Made by a program: the position numbers and the translations under genes
The notes under the pieces: generated by a model
The model's input: the letters and a program-made list of their open reading frames with translations, nothing else
The model's database searches: none
What the model was told of the DNA's origin: nothing
Shown: positions 1-8,886 of the stretch, piece by piece
Position numbering within the stretch: position 1 is the stretch's first letter
How the letters are laid out: each line of letters starts with the position of its first letter
Virus record (IMG/VR): IMGVR_UViG_2513237329_000013
Location: 63,252 to 127,251 of that record
DNA: 64,000 nt
Direction: 5' to 3' (one strand)
Origin: a virus
Taxonomy: Duplodnaviria > Caudoviricetes

Positions 1-75
1 GGCCACGGCTGGCCGTCGTGGGAAACCGAAATTAAAACGCGCTGCGGCGCTGGTCAATGAAATGAGGTAAACGAA

Positions 76-858
76 ATGAAAAAGTACAATGTCAAGTCGA
101 TCATGTCACGCGCCTGGGCTATCTATCACGAAACCGACAAAGGCGATGGCCTGCGCCCTGTGTTCTCTCTCTGTCTGGCTATGGCGTGGGAAGACGCAAA
201 GAACACGCCGGAAAACATCCTGCATCAGTGGGCGGCGATGGATACCAAAGCGCAGATCAACATGCTGACGGCTAACATCAAGAAGGCGGCAAAGAACGAA
301 ATCGGATACAGCACAGAAGATCACTATGCAGAGTTTAACGAGACTGTCGCATGGTTCTTGAATCATCACGGGATCGACGGCCTTGTAAATGAGGCTTGGG
401 TAAAGCTGGCGGAACGGCTGGATGCTGACTATCTGGACAAGCTCAACGCAAAACGCGCCGCGTCTGGCAAGGTCAATATTTCTCTGGTGGCTCTGGTGTA
501 TCGCAGTGCGAAAGATGCAATCCGCGCCGTATATCGTGACGATATCAAACACGGACGCGCCCGCGTTCACGAGATCACCGACAAGAACGGCGAGAGCCGC
601 GACTATCTGGACACGATGGCAAGCACCGGCAAGGATGAGACGGCAAGCACTGCAACGCTGCGCGTAGCGCTGGAACAGTTTGTAAACAGCCGCGATGAAA
701 TCGACCGCATGATTATTGAATGCAAGCGCGACAATTACACGGAACGCGAGATTGCGGAAGTTGTCGGAATCAATCGCGCCGCCGTTCATAAGCGCATTGA
801 CAAGATGCGCGAGGCTCTGCGGAACATCGGCCTTACACCTGCGGAAGTTGCGGCGTAA
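76..858 (+). CDS. Phage-encoded sigma-70/ECF-like sigma factor
   Basis: GAGGT RBS. Region-2-like DGLVNEAWVKL and C-terminal region-4 HTH YTEREIAEVVGINRAAVHKRIDKMREAL. Confidence 0.7.
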   Translation: MKKYNVKSIMSRAWAIYHETDKGDGLRPVFSLCLAMAWEDAKNTPENILHQWAAMDTKAQINMLTANIKKAAKNEIGYSTEDHYAEFNETVAWFLNHHGIDGLVNEAWVKLAERLDADYLDKLNAKRAASGKVNISLVALVYRSAKDAIRAVYRDDIKHGRARVHEITDKNGESRDYLDTMASTGKDETASTATLRVALEQFVNSRDEIDRMIIECKRDNYTEREIAEVVGINRAAVHKRIDKMREALRNIGLTPAEVAA

Positions 859-1060
859 GGAAGTAGTTAAACAGTATGAGCGCCGCTCCGGTAGGAGCTG
901 GGGCGGCTGCTCTGAAAAAATCTTGAACGACGGTAAGCAAACGGCGGAAACGCTTGGAGGGTGTAGAGGATGGATGCAAACAAAGCTTTTCAGATGATTG
1001 AAAAAGCCTTTTCAGATAAGCGGCTTGTACTGGTAACGGATGGAACGGTAACGCATGGAA

Positions 1061-1090
1061 AAAGCCTGAGAAATTCTCAGGCTTTTTTTT
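1061..1090. terminator. Bidirectional intrinsic terminator
   Basis: AAAGCCTGAGA-AAT-TCTCAGGCTTT hairpin with A and T tracts between convergent genes. Confidence 0.8.
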
Positions 1091-1098
1091 GTTGCTTG

Positions 1099-1131
1099 GT
1101 AAGCAAAATCAAGTTTTTATCGGTAGTTATA
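1099..1131 (+). promoter_or_regulatory. Phage-specific bipartite promoter copy 1
   Basis: GTAAGCAA-N15-GGTAGTTATA. Confidence 0.7.
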
Positions 1132-1624
1132 GTGTGGAGGCAAAGCGCCGCTTGAAATCGACATGCTGGCGTTCAAAGCAAGAGCAGATATCAGATCGCA
1201 GGCCGGTTTTCTTTCGATTGAAAAAACGGTTTAGTGTGTTTGTGATTTGTTTTTGGCTTGCCTCTGCAACGAAAAACTGTTCGGATTCATAGCCGCTTTT
1301 CGTTATGTAGTTGATCTGAAAAACGATGATCGGCTTGCTACGTGATGTTTTCAGCCCGATATATGTATGGCAGTCGGAAATGATGTTTCCAAAGGTGTCT
1401 GAATGAGTCGCTTGCATTTTCTGCATCTCTTTAACGGTGTAGCAGGTTTCCAGTGCGTCGTTGATGATGTATTGCTGGATGACCTGTGGAAGATCGCCGG
1501 TATACGGAAGCAGAATCTTGTCATGGTATGCGCTGATGAATTGGATGTCGCGGAAAGAGATTTGCAAAGCTGCTTTTAACGGGCGAATGCGGAGAGCGAG
1601 ATCGCATTTTGTATTGTTATTCAT
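1127..1624 (-). CDS. Hypothetical protein (minus strand)
   Basis: AAGGAG RBS before ATG at 1624; 165-aa ORF ending at the terminator. Confidence 0.6.
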   Translation of the reverse strand: MNNNTKCDLALRIRPLKAALQISFRDIQFISAYHDKILLPYTGDLPQVIQQYIINDALETCYTVKEMQKMQATHSDTFGNIISDCHTYIGLKTSRSKPIIVFQINYITKSGYESEQFFVAEASQKQITNTLNRFFNRKKTGLRSDICSCFERQHVDFKRRFASTL

Positions 1625-1814
1625 TTGTTGTACGCTCCTTTCATGCTCTAATAATAGCATAAAAGCGGCGAAAACTCAAGCAAAATGCACATTTTTGAGA
1701 TGATTTCGTGCAATTTATTGTATATTTTGCACAATGAGCATCGGTGAATAAAATTCAGAGTTTTATACATGAACAGCAGCTACAAATGTTGAAAGGTCTG
1801 GAGGAAGATACTAA

Positions 1815-2264
1815 ATGACTTCGTTTGATGGAGATAAAAAGATCGAAACGAAATATACTGCGGAATTTGTCACGGATAAAAAGGACTATGCCTATATTAT
1901 CGGTGGTCGTTATAACGATGGCGAGCCGTGGGAGAAATATCAGAAAAAAGAGTTTGATGACCTGGACAAAGCGCTGGAGTTTTATATGCGCGGTCTTGTG
2001 GATGATTCCTTTTTAGATATCAAGCTTTTTGAGCAGATTTTTGTAGACGGCGTTTGTCAAAGAGAGTCGTTTATCGAGCCGCCGAATACACTGCGCTTCT
2101 ATCTCCGTACAACGGTCAATAAAGAGTTGGAGAAAGAAATCCGCTCTTTGCGCGAGAAAAATGAGCGATTGAATGAGGTCGGAGAGCTGATGCGCGAGTT
2201 TGTTCGTATGTATCACATGGAAAATCATCTTAATGAGTTTATCAAAGAAAAATCAAAAATTTAG
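1815..2264 (+). CDS. Hypothetical protein with C-terminal coiled coil
   Basis: GGAGG RBS, 149 aa. Confidence 0.75.
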   Translation: MTSFDGDKKIETKYTAEFVTDKKDYAYIIGGRYNDGEPWEKYQKKEFDDLDKALEFYMRGLVDDSFLDIKLFEQIFVDGVCQRESFIEPPNTLRFYLRTTVNKELEKEIRSLREKNERLNEVGELMREFVRMYHMENHLNEFIKEKSKI

Positions 2265-2296
2265 TAAGCAACCGCTCCATTTGGAGGGTAGTTGTA
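2264..2296 (+). promoter_or_regulatory. Phage-specific bipartite promoter copy 2
   Basis: GTAAGCAA-N15-GGTAGTTGTA. Confidence 0.75.
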
Positions 2297-2331
2297 ATAG
2301 GGAAACCTAAAAATTAAAGGAGGATTCAAAA

Positions 2332-2577
2332 ATGTCTGTCAATCTCAACAAGTCTGGTCTCGGTAAGTTTGCTGGTATGCGCGGTACGATTTTCAAGTCG
2401 GAGATCGCCGCTGCCAAGCCCAGCAAGCAGATCGTCGGCAAGGGTATCGGCAAGGGCTGCAACTATCCGATGGATTCCGATGCGGAGTTTGAGAAGCGCC
2501 TGCGCCGCTATGAGCGCAAGAAGCAGGCCGAGGAAGCTGCTGCCGCTGCTTCGGCGGCCAGTACGATGGAGGCGTGA
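2332..2577 (+). CDS. Small basic hypothetical protein
   Basis: AAGGAGG RBS, 81 aa. Confidence 0.75.
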   Translation: MSVNLNKSGLGKFAGMRGTIFKSEIAAAKPSKQIVGKGIGKGCNYPMDSDAEFEKRLRRYERKKQAEEAAAAASAASTMEA

Positions 2578-2580
2578 GAT

Positions 2581-2892
2581 ATGTTTAATGGCAAGCCTGT
2601 CTGGAAGCAGGACAATTTCACATATGAAGCTGTAAAGGTTGGTGACTATGTGGAGCAGGCAATCGTAGATGCTGCAATGGATTGTGTGCCGCCCGCTTGT
2701 ATGCGGGCAGACTGCTCCCAGATGGGCGAGCCTTATTCTGCCAGGATGGATGAAAAGACCGGCAGATGGAGAGACACTTACGAAACTTTCCGTAAGGTCG
2801 GTGGAGAGTGGCCTAATGGCATTTGGGAGTATTGCGGTCACTGTTTCAGAGGTGAAACGGTTGAGCGTGGAATCGAGCCGTATCATATCTGA
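2581..2892 (+). CDS. Hypothetical protein
   Basis: GGAGG RBS, 103 aa. Confidence 0.75.
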   Translation: MFNGKPVWKQDNFTYEAVKVGDYVEQAIVDAAMDCVPPACMRADCSQMGEPYSARMDEKTGRWRDTYETFRKVGGEWPNGIWEYCGHCFRGETVERGIEPYHI

Positions 2893-2908
2893 GATGAGAG
2901 GTGTATGT

Positions 2909-3124
2909 ATGAATGATATCGAAAAGATCAATGTAGCTCCCAATAGTTATTTCCAGCGTATTGTAAAGCCGTGTTTGCTGGATTTGCGCAAGCGCAAGGA
3001 CAATGCAAAGACGGATATGGAGCGCGGATATTACGAAGATCGCTATGTTGCACAAGCGAAAGACTTCGCGGAGGCGCTACATATTTCTGCGGAGGCGCTG
3101 GATGAATTGATCGGAGGTGTTTGA
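2909..3124 (+). CDS. Hypothetical protein
   Basis: GAGGTG RBS before ATG 2909. Confidence 0.65.
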   Translation: MNDIEKINVAPNSYFQRIVKPCLLDLRKRKDNAKTDMERGYYEDRYVAQAKDFAEALHISAEALDELIGGV

Positions 3125-3213
3125 AATGAAGAAGATCATCGGCTAAAAGCGGCGCAGTTTTGGAATGGTGTCTGCGAAATCAAAAACCATACCCCATTTT
3201 TTTCATTTTATGA

Positions 3214-3246
3214 GTAAGCAAAACTCAGCTTTTGAGGGTAGATATA
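3214..3246 (+). promoter_or_regulatory. Phage-specific bipartite promoter copy 3
   Basis: GTAAGCAA-N15-GGTAGATATA. Confidence 0.75.
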
Positions 3247-3262
3247 ATAGGAGGTGTTTTCA

Positions 3263-3715
3263 ATGAAAACTTGTAAGATTTGTGGTCGATCTTTTGACGA
3301 TGAGAACTGTGTGGGCGTTGTTGTCAACGAAGGTACGGATAACGAATATTTTGTTTGCGAGGATTGTGTTCCGGATGAATGCAACAATGGGCATATTATT
3401 TCCTGTGAAAATTGTGGTTCGTATTTTACTCCTGATAGGCTGCACGATGAGCATATTGGGGGCTTTACTTTTACCGAATGTCCGGCCTGCGGGAAAGATA
3501 TAGTGGAATGTGTATCACGAGAAGAGTTTGAGGAAGAGCATTTTCTTTCTAAATATTCCGTCATTGTTAGAATGGGCAATTATTCCCGTGGATATGTAAT
3601 TTCTGCGCAGAATCCCACTGACATGATGAAAAAGTTGATGCGTCGTACTGAGCTTTGCTCCGCCGCTGAGATCTCATATTCCGAAATTCTTATGGATGAG
3701 GATGTGATAAAATGA
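3263..3715 (+). CDS. Zn-finger protein (4 CxxC)
   Basis: CKIC, CEDC, CENC, CPAC; AGGAGGTG RBS. Confidence 0.75.
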   Translation: MKTCKICGRSFDDENCVGVVVNEGTDNEYFVCEDCVPDECNNGHIISCENCGSYFTPDRLHDEHIGGFTFTECPACGKDIVECVSREEFEEEHFLSKYSVIVRMGNYSRGYVISAQNPTDMMKKLMRRTELCSAAEISYSEILMDEDVIK

Positions 3716-3948
3716 GCGCTTTTACACTGAGAAATAAAATCGAAGAGTCAAAAGCAATGTATTTAGAGCGTTGTGGAAAGCTTGATTGGCAGTGGACGGA
3801 CGAGGGACTTCCTTATGCAATCATGGACTATCATAGCTGCGTCGGTTCGATTTTGGATTTCACAGATGATGACTGGCAGGCCGCTGAGGAAAATGGATTT
3901 TCTCGTGAGGAAGTCATTACTTTATGCGAAGATCGTGAGGATGAATAA
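3712..3948 (+). CDS. Small acidic hypothetical protein
   Basis: ATGA-coupled ORF. Confidence 0.7.
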   Translation: MSAFTLRNKIEESKAMYLERCGKLDWQWTDEGLPYAIMDYHSCVGSILDFTDDDWQAAEENGFSREEVITLCEDREDE

Positions 3949-4185
3949 ATGACAGAAAAAGATATTGTGAATGTGCTGTATCGTGACGGATATCACGCTG
4001 CGGCAAAGCTGATCGAAAAGAAGTCTGAGACAATCGAAAGCAGAAAATCTCTGATACTGTGGAAAGATGATTTTACCAGTGAAAACAAGTGGAAATCACT
4101 TTGTGTGGCTCTTGATGTTCCGGAAGATACAGTCACGCTGGAGCTGAAATGCAATGTTGTAGCAGTATTTCCATATAAAAAATAA
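3949..4185 (+). CDS. Hypothetical protein
   Basis: Abutting ORF with GAGG RBS. Confidence 0.7.
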   Translation: MTEKDIVNVLYRDGYHAAAKLIEKKSETIESRKSLILWKDDFTSENKWKSLCVALDVPEDTVTLELKCNVVAVFPYKK

Positions 4186-4197
4186 TTTCAACGGCTG

Positions 4198-4230
4198 GTA
4201 GGCAAAGCCGAAATTTTAGGGGTAGATATA
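4198..4230 (+). promoter_or_regulatory. Phage-specific bipartite promoter copy 4
   Basis: GTAGGCAA-N15-GGTAGATATA. Confidence 0.7.
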
Positions 4231-4287
4231 ATAGAAAGCCCAAAACAATCATCACAAATTACTTTCTACTTTAAGGAGGATTCAAAA

Positions 4288-5214
4288 ATGGCAGCAAATG
4301 TCGAAACTATGTTCTATGTGCGTGAAAAGCCCTGGCACGGTCTGGGTGTTGAGGTTCAGGAAGCGTTGAATAGCGCTGATGCGCTGAAAATGGCTGGTCT
4401 TGATTGGGAGGTCAAGCAGAGAAACATTCAGGTATGTGGCGGTGCAAAGATCGAGAATTACAAGGCGAATGTTCGTAGCACAGACGGTCGTGTGCTTGGT
4501 GTTGTCTCTGACCGCTATCAGATCGTGCAGAATAAGGATGCTTTCAGCTTTACCGATGAGCTGATCGGCGGCGATGTCCGTTATGAGACCGCTGGTAGCT
4601 TGCAGAATGGCAAGAAGATTTGGCTGCTGGCAAAGATGCCTGAGCGCGAGGTCGTTGGCGATAAGGTCGAGCCGTATCTTTGCTTCTCGAATACGCACGA
4701 CGGGAGCGGTTCTATCCGTGTCTGCATGACTCCGATTCGTGTTGTCTGCAACAATACTTTGAATCTTGCGCTGAATAGCGCGAAGCGTCAGTGGGCAACA
4801 AAGCATGTCGGCAATATCGACGAGAAGATGCAAGAAGCGCGTATGTGTCTCCAGCTTGCGGATGCCTACATGGATGAGCTGGCTGTTTGCGCAGATCGCC
4901 TTGCAAATACGACAATCACCGATGAACAGCTTGATAAGCTTCTGGATGAGATGTTCCCTGTTGACGATGACGATACCGAGCGCAAGAAGAACAGCGTGAA
5001 AAAGGCAAAGGACGAGTTTATGATCTGCTATTTCCGTCCGGATATCATGAAGTTCCTTAACACTGGTTGGGGCGTTGTGAATGCTATGAGCGATATGATT
5101 TCTCATTCTGCCCCGCGCCGTCAGACTGGCAGCTACCGTGAAAACAACTGGAACAGAATCATGGACGGGCACAAGATGCTCGACCGCATGACAGAGCTTG
5201 TTTGCGCACGATAA
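4288..5214 (+). CDS. DUF932 / TIGR03299 phage-plasmid protein
   Basis: REKPWHGLG, AGLDWEV, YQIVQN, ETAGSL, HDGSGS, TPIRVVCNNTL signatures. Confidence 0.9.
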   Translation: MAANVETMFYVREKPWHGLGVEVQEALNSADALKMAGLDWEVKQRNIQVCGGAKIENYKANVRSTDGRVLGVVSDRYQIVQNKDAFSFTDELIGGDVRYETAGSLQNGKKIWLLAKMPEREVVGDKVEPYLCFSNTHDGSGSIRVCMTPIRVVCNNTLNLALNSAKRQWATKHVGNIDEKMQEARMCLQLADAYMDELAVCADRLANTTITDEQLDKLLDEMFPVDDDDTERKKNSVKKAKDEFMICYFRPDIMKFLNTGWGVVNAMSDMISHSAPRRQTGSYRENNWNRIMDGHKMLDRMTELVCAR

Positions 5215-5223
5215 ACAGTGATT

Positions 5224-5251
5224 GAGAGCCGCCCATTCGGGCGGCTCTTTT
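5224..5251 (+). terminator. Intrinsic terminator
   Basis: GAGAGCCGCCC-ATTC-GGGCGGCTCT followed by a T run. Confidence 0.8.
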
Positions 5252-5267
5252 CGTAGAGAGGTGTAAC

Positions 5268-5459
5268 ATGGAAGAAAATCGCGTTGTCTGGTTCAAAACA
5301 CATTTAGATGCAATTCCGGATAGCTGCAAAGATTGCGCCTGTCACTGGTGCTATCTTCCGTTGAAAAAGCGGAAGTGGGGCTATTCTGATGAGTTGAAAA
5401 AGAAATACTTGACTCAGCGGCACGAAGATTGTCCGCTGCATTTGGAGGTTATGAAATGA
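5268..5459 (+). CDS. Small Cys-rich hypothetical protein
   Basis: GAGGTG RBS; PDSCKDC...HEDCPL. Confidence 0.65.
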   Translation: MEENRVVWFKTHLDAIPDSCKDCACHWCYLPLKKRKWGYSDELKKKYLTQRHEDCPLHLEVMK

Positions 5460-5893
5460 AGCTTTTCCTTTTGATTCATGAACAGGATACGGATGCCGCT
5501 TGGGGTTCGTCTGTCGATCTTTTCTCGACGCTGGAAGCGGCGCAGGCCAAGATGAAAACGGTTTATGAGAAGACAGTCGAAAGTTGGGATTTCGATATTG
5601 AAAATCAAACGGACGATTATTGCTGCGAGTTTTCCGATATGGATGCCTCTATTCGAGACGGTTCTGATGTTGAGGTGTGGCGTATCGAAGAAAAAGAGCT
5701 TGATGTCAATATCGCTGTCAAGGTTCATGGCGGGATGGTGCAAGAGGTGTATTCCGATGCTGATGTCGGTGTCGAGGTTTATGATCTTGACTCTTCTGAT
5801 TTTGCGGAGGAAAGCGAGCTGACCGAAACGGAGCAGCGTGAGCGCGAGCTTGACGAGCAGATTGCTCAGCCTGGTTGGAGAGCTGTATGGTAA
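5456..5893 (+). CDS. Acidic hypothetical protein
   Basis: GGAGG RBS; very D/E-rich. Confidence 0.75.
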   Translation: MKLFLLIHEQDTDAAWGSSVDLFSTLEAAQAKMKTVYEKTVESWDFDIENQTDDYCCEFSDMDASIRDGSDVEVWRIEEKELDVNIAVKVHGGMVQEVYSDADVGVEVYDLDSSDFAEESELTETEQRERELDEQIAQPGWRAVW

Positions 5894-5895
5894 AA

Positions 5896-5952
5896 CTGTC
5901 CTGATGAGTCTTTGGAAAGTAAGACGAAACTGCCCTATTGGGCAGTCGGCAG
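5896..5952 (+). ncRNA. Type I hammerhead ribozyme
   Basis: Stem I CTGTC/GGCAG; core CTGATGA; stem II GTCTT/AAGAC; GAAA-C; stem III TGCCC/GGGCA; GTC cleavage triplet at 5945-5947. Confidence 0.9.
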
Positions 5953-5968
5953 AAAAAACTATATTCTG

Positions 5969-6001
5969 GTGGGCAAAAGCCTATTTGAATGGGTAGATAT
6001 A
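5969..6001 (+). promoter_or_regulatory. Phage-specific bipartite promoter copy 5
   Basis: GTGGGCAA-N15-GGTAGATATA. Confidence 0.65.
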
Positions 6002-6016
6002 ATAGGAGGCGATAAT

Positions 6017-6550
6017 ATGTCGATGCCAAATTTTAATACGATGAGAAATTTTCCTCTCTATGTGAGAGATTTCGTTTCTGAGGTGGATTATTGTCCAGCT
6101 TGCAATACATATGGAGAAGATGGTGTATGCCCGATTTGTGGCGCAGCCACGGAGCGGAAAGTATATCTGGATGAGGTAGCAGCATTTGAGTTCGCGGAAG
6201 AGATGGAGACGCGGTTGAGTGATGCAAATGCAAAGCTTGAATTTCATTCTATTTCAACTGTTGGCGGAAAATATTATGGGGTTCAGTTCTATGTGGAGGA
6301 AAAGCATGACCCGAATGAGTATGATAATGACGATTGCCATTATTATTTCGATGTATGCCGTAGTGTAGCAATTCGTCGGTATAACAGTGAGATCAATAAG
6401 ATCAATCGAATTTTGAAAATGCTTGCGAAAGAATATGGGTTTGATGAGGTCTATTGTTCCGCTGTATTTGGAAACGGTGAAGCGATTTACACAAAGGTGG
6501 AAAATACACAGCGAGCGCGTATTGTTCGCGCCATAAAAGAAATTGCGTGA
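6017..6550 (+). CDS. Zn-ribbon hypothetical protein
   Basis: AGGAGG RBS; CPAC...CPIC. Confidence 0.75.
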   Translation: MSMPNFNTMRNFPLYVRDFVSEVDYCPACNTYGEDGVCPICGAATERKVYLDEVAAFEFAEEMETRLSDANAKLEFHSISTVGGKYYGVQFYVEEKHDPNEYDNDDCHYYFDVCRSVAIRRYNSEINKINRILKMLAKEYGFDEVYCSAVFGNGEAIYTKVENTQRARIVRAIKEIA

Positions 6551-6563
6551 TGGAGGGATTACG

Positions 6564-6785
6564 ATGAAATCAAAATGCTTGACTTATACCGTGGAGCTTA
6601 CACGAGAAGAAATAGACACTGTAACGACAGCGTTAAATAGCGAGTACAAATTCTTGAAAGAAAAATATGCAAATGCGCGTCAACAGAATGCTGCGGAAGT
6701 ATATGAACGCATGGATGAGGCGCGTACTTTGCGGAATGATTTTGCAAGGCTCATCGGTGTGACTTTTATGGGCGAAGATGCCTAA
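6564..6785 (+). CDS. Hypothetical protein
   Basis: GGAGG RBS. Confidence 0.7.
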   Translation: MKSKCLTYTVELTREEIDTVTTALNSEYKFLKEKYANARQQNAAEVYERMDEARTLRNDFARLIGVTFMGEDA

Positions 6786-6832
6786 ACGATTCTTGAAGAA
6801 AAACGGAAATGATGATATAATGCGGAGGTAAC

Positions 6833-7300
6833 ATGAACGGAAACAAGGTGATTCGAGTGACTTTTGGTGAACGGGTTGAGCAGGCCAAGAAAAAAGCTGA
6901 GGAAGAATATCAGGAGAAGCTGGAGCGCTCAAAGCAGTCTGATGTTGATGTAAGAGATTTTTTTGATGATGAAGAGCTTGACCGCATTCTTTCGGATAAC
7001 GAGTTTTTCAATGGAAGAGTTGCCGATCTGTCTAAAATGCAGCGGTATGAAAAGCTGAAGCTTGCAGCTCGATGGATGAACGATCATAGCATGGAGGTCG
7101 TTTGTGTTGACATTGACAAGCCGTCTCAGTCCAGACCGAATGTGGTCGTTTCGATGGAGCTACGACGTCTCTCTTCCCTTCGCGGACGCGAGTTAAAAAT
7201 CTTTTCTGCAATGAATGCACTGGCAGACACCGTATTTTTGAGCGGTCTGAAAGATGAAGCTATTCGTTTCAGCTTTGGAATTGAAAGCCTCTGGCAGTAA
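6833..7300 (+). CDS. Hypothetical protein
   Basis: GGAGGT RBS, 155 aa. Confidence 0.75.
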   Translation: MNGNKVIRVTFGERVEQAKKKAEEEYQEKLERSKQSDVDVRDFFDDEELDRILSDNEFFNGRVADLSKMQRYEKLKLAARWMNDHSMEVVCVDIDKPSQSRPNVVVSMELRRLSSLRGRELKIFSAMNALADTVFLSGLKDEAIRFSFGIESLWQ

Positions 7301-7310
7301 GGAGAAATAT

Positions 7311-7517
7311 ATGAAAGTCCTATATCCGTGGAAAATGATTGGCAGATATGCTGATGATGAAGAGATCGAGGTCGGCGGCTTTGACGAAGAAGATTGCATG
7401 ACACGTCTGATTTCCATGATAGATAAGCATGGCGATTTAGTCTGGTATTCCGGTGTTTCTGACGAGGATTATGTAGCTGGTGAGTATATCGGACGAGAAA
7501 ACTTCATCTACGATTAA
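7311..7517 (+). CDS. Small acidic hypothetical protein
   Basis: AAGGAG RBS. Confidence 0.7.
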   Translation: MKVLYPWKMIGRYADDEEIEVGGFDEEDCMTRLISMIDKHGDLVWYSGVSDEDYVAGEYIGRENFIYD

Positions 7518-7532
7518 CTGAATATAACGACG

Positions 7533-7564
7533 AAAGACGCTGGAAAAACCAGCGTCTTTTTTTT
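7533..7564 (+). terminator. Intrinsic terminator
   Basis: AAAGACGCTGG-AAAAA-CCAGCGTCTTT plus T run. Confidence 0.85.
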
Positions 7565-7572
7565 GCACTTTG

Positions 7573-7605
7573 GTAAGCAAATAGAATTTTTACAAGGTAG
7601 TTGTA
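7573..7605 (+). promoter_or_regulatory. Phage-specific bipartite promoter copy 6
   Basis: GTAAGCAA-N15-GGTAGTTGTA. Confidence 0.75.
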
Positions 7606-7640
7606 GTGAGAGAACAACACAACGAGAAAGGATGATTTTG

Positions 7641-8360
7641 ATGACAGTCAATTACGATAAGTCCTATTTGCCTGCGGGCTATGAAAGGTTCGTGTCTCGC
7701 GGATGCGCTGCTGAGGACATTTACCACCTGCGTTTCAACTTCTGCTACACGGACGCACAGAGAGATGAAAACAGGCGCGAGCATGACACACTTCCGGAGG
7801 ACGCTTTGCGCGAGCGGCACAGACAGGCTTGTGAAACCAACAACACCTTCATGCACAAGGTCATGGAGACCATCGCACAGCAATTTATCTGCTATCAGTA
7901 CGACAAAGAGCAGGAGCGCAAGATCAACTATGACAGCAATCAGTGGGATTTGTTCTTCTGGTGCAGCCATTGGACGAAAGAGAGCGGCTTGACCGGTCGC
8001 GACTATACCTACTTCACCCTCGGCATGAATAAGGCGAATACGGTGGAGCAAAACGCAGAGCTTTGCAAGGAGCTGTTGGAGTTGCTGGAAAGAGCTTTCG
8101 GCGACAGCGAAAACCTTGATGTCGCGATTCAGTATTGTCTCCGCTGGGATAAGGAGAGGCTGGCAAACGATGCCAAGCTCGCCGCGAAAAAGCTCGTGGG
8201 AAAGCGCGTGTCCTTTTACGGCATGGATGGACGGCTGGTGGAGTCAAACGGCAAGGTTTATTTTATGAAAAAATATGCAAAAAGCAAGGGCTGCCTGGTT
8301 GACGATTCTGATTTGATTCGTTTTGCGGATGAGCTGGAAGAAACGGAGGCTTTACAATGA
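7641..8360 (+). CDS. Hypothetical protein
   Basis: AAAGGA RBS, about 239 aa. Confidence 0.75.
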   Translation: MTVNYDKSYLPAGYERFVSRGCAAEDIYHLRFNFCYTDAQRDENRREHDTLPEDALRERHRQACETNNTFMHKVMETIAQQFICYQYDKEQERKINYDSNQWDLFFWCSHWTKESGLTGRDYTYFTLGMNKANTVEQNAELCKELLELLERAFGDSENLDVAIQYCLRWDKERLANDAKLAAKKLVGKRVSFYGMDGRLVESNGKVYFMKKYAKSKGCLVDDSDLIRFADELEETEALQ

Positions 8361-8719
8361 GATATTTCAGTACACAGCGTCCCGTAGCGCCTGGGGCATT
8401 TCCAAAGCCCGCTGATAATAAGGTGCTGGCCGTGGACAACTTCGACACCTTTGATGGGCGCAAGTTATGCCCAGCTATTGGGCTGGAAGCTTACGGTTAT
8501 ATTGACTATGAAAAACCTCTGACGGCAGAACAGTCAGCCGATTATGAGCTGATTCCGCAGAAGTTCCCGCAGTATGTTAAGACATATGATGGATATATTG
8601 GCGTTCTGGTTGGCTTAGACTACGGGGAATTTCCAATCTATCGTTTCCCAGGCGGCGAGCGGGTTGCAGATCGGTACGAGATTGAGACTGGCAGCAACGC
8701 CCGCTCCGATCTTGAATGA
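8357..8719 (+). CDS. Hypothetical protein, possible DarA C-terminal-like domain
   Basis: YFSTQRPVAPGAFPKP...AYGYIDYEKPLT...YEL resembles the DarA_C family as I recall it (unverified). Confidence 0.5.
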   Translation: MRYFSTQRPVAPGAFPKPADNKVLAVDNFDTFDGRKLCPAIGLEAYGYIDYEKPLTAEQSADYELIPQKFPQYVKTYDGYIGVLVGLDYGEFPIYRFPGGERVADRYEIETGSNARSDLE

Positions 8720-8739
8720 AAACATAGGAGGTATGAACA

Positions 8740-8874
8740 TTGGCTGTACTGTGTTTTGTTTTTCTGGTAGTCAAGCTGACTTATGATGGTTGTAAAACGG
8801 CGTATGCAAAATGGTACGCGGAAAACTGTAACCCGTACCGCGCATATCGTCAGGCAGTGAATGAGAACAGATGA
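8740..8874 (+). CDS. Small membrane-anchored peptide (44 aa, not in ORF track)
   Basis: AGGAGG RBS, TTG start, hydrophobic N-terminus AVLCFVFLVV. Confidence 0.45.
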   Translation: MAVLCFVFLVVKLTYDGCKTAYAKWYAENCNPYRAYRQAVNENR

Positions 8875-8886
8875 TGGAGGTCATAT

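Noticed and set aside
3140-3205. Possible pseudoknotted RNA between 3124 and promoter copy 3
   Set aside because: Only short pairings (GCAG/CTGC, ATGGT/ACCAT); no recognisable family.
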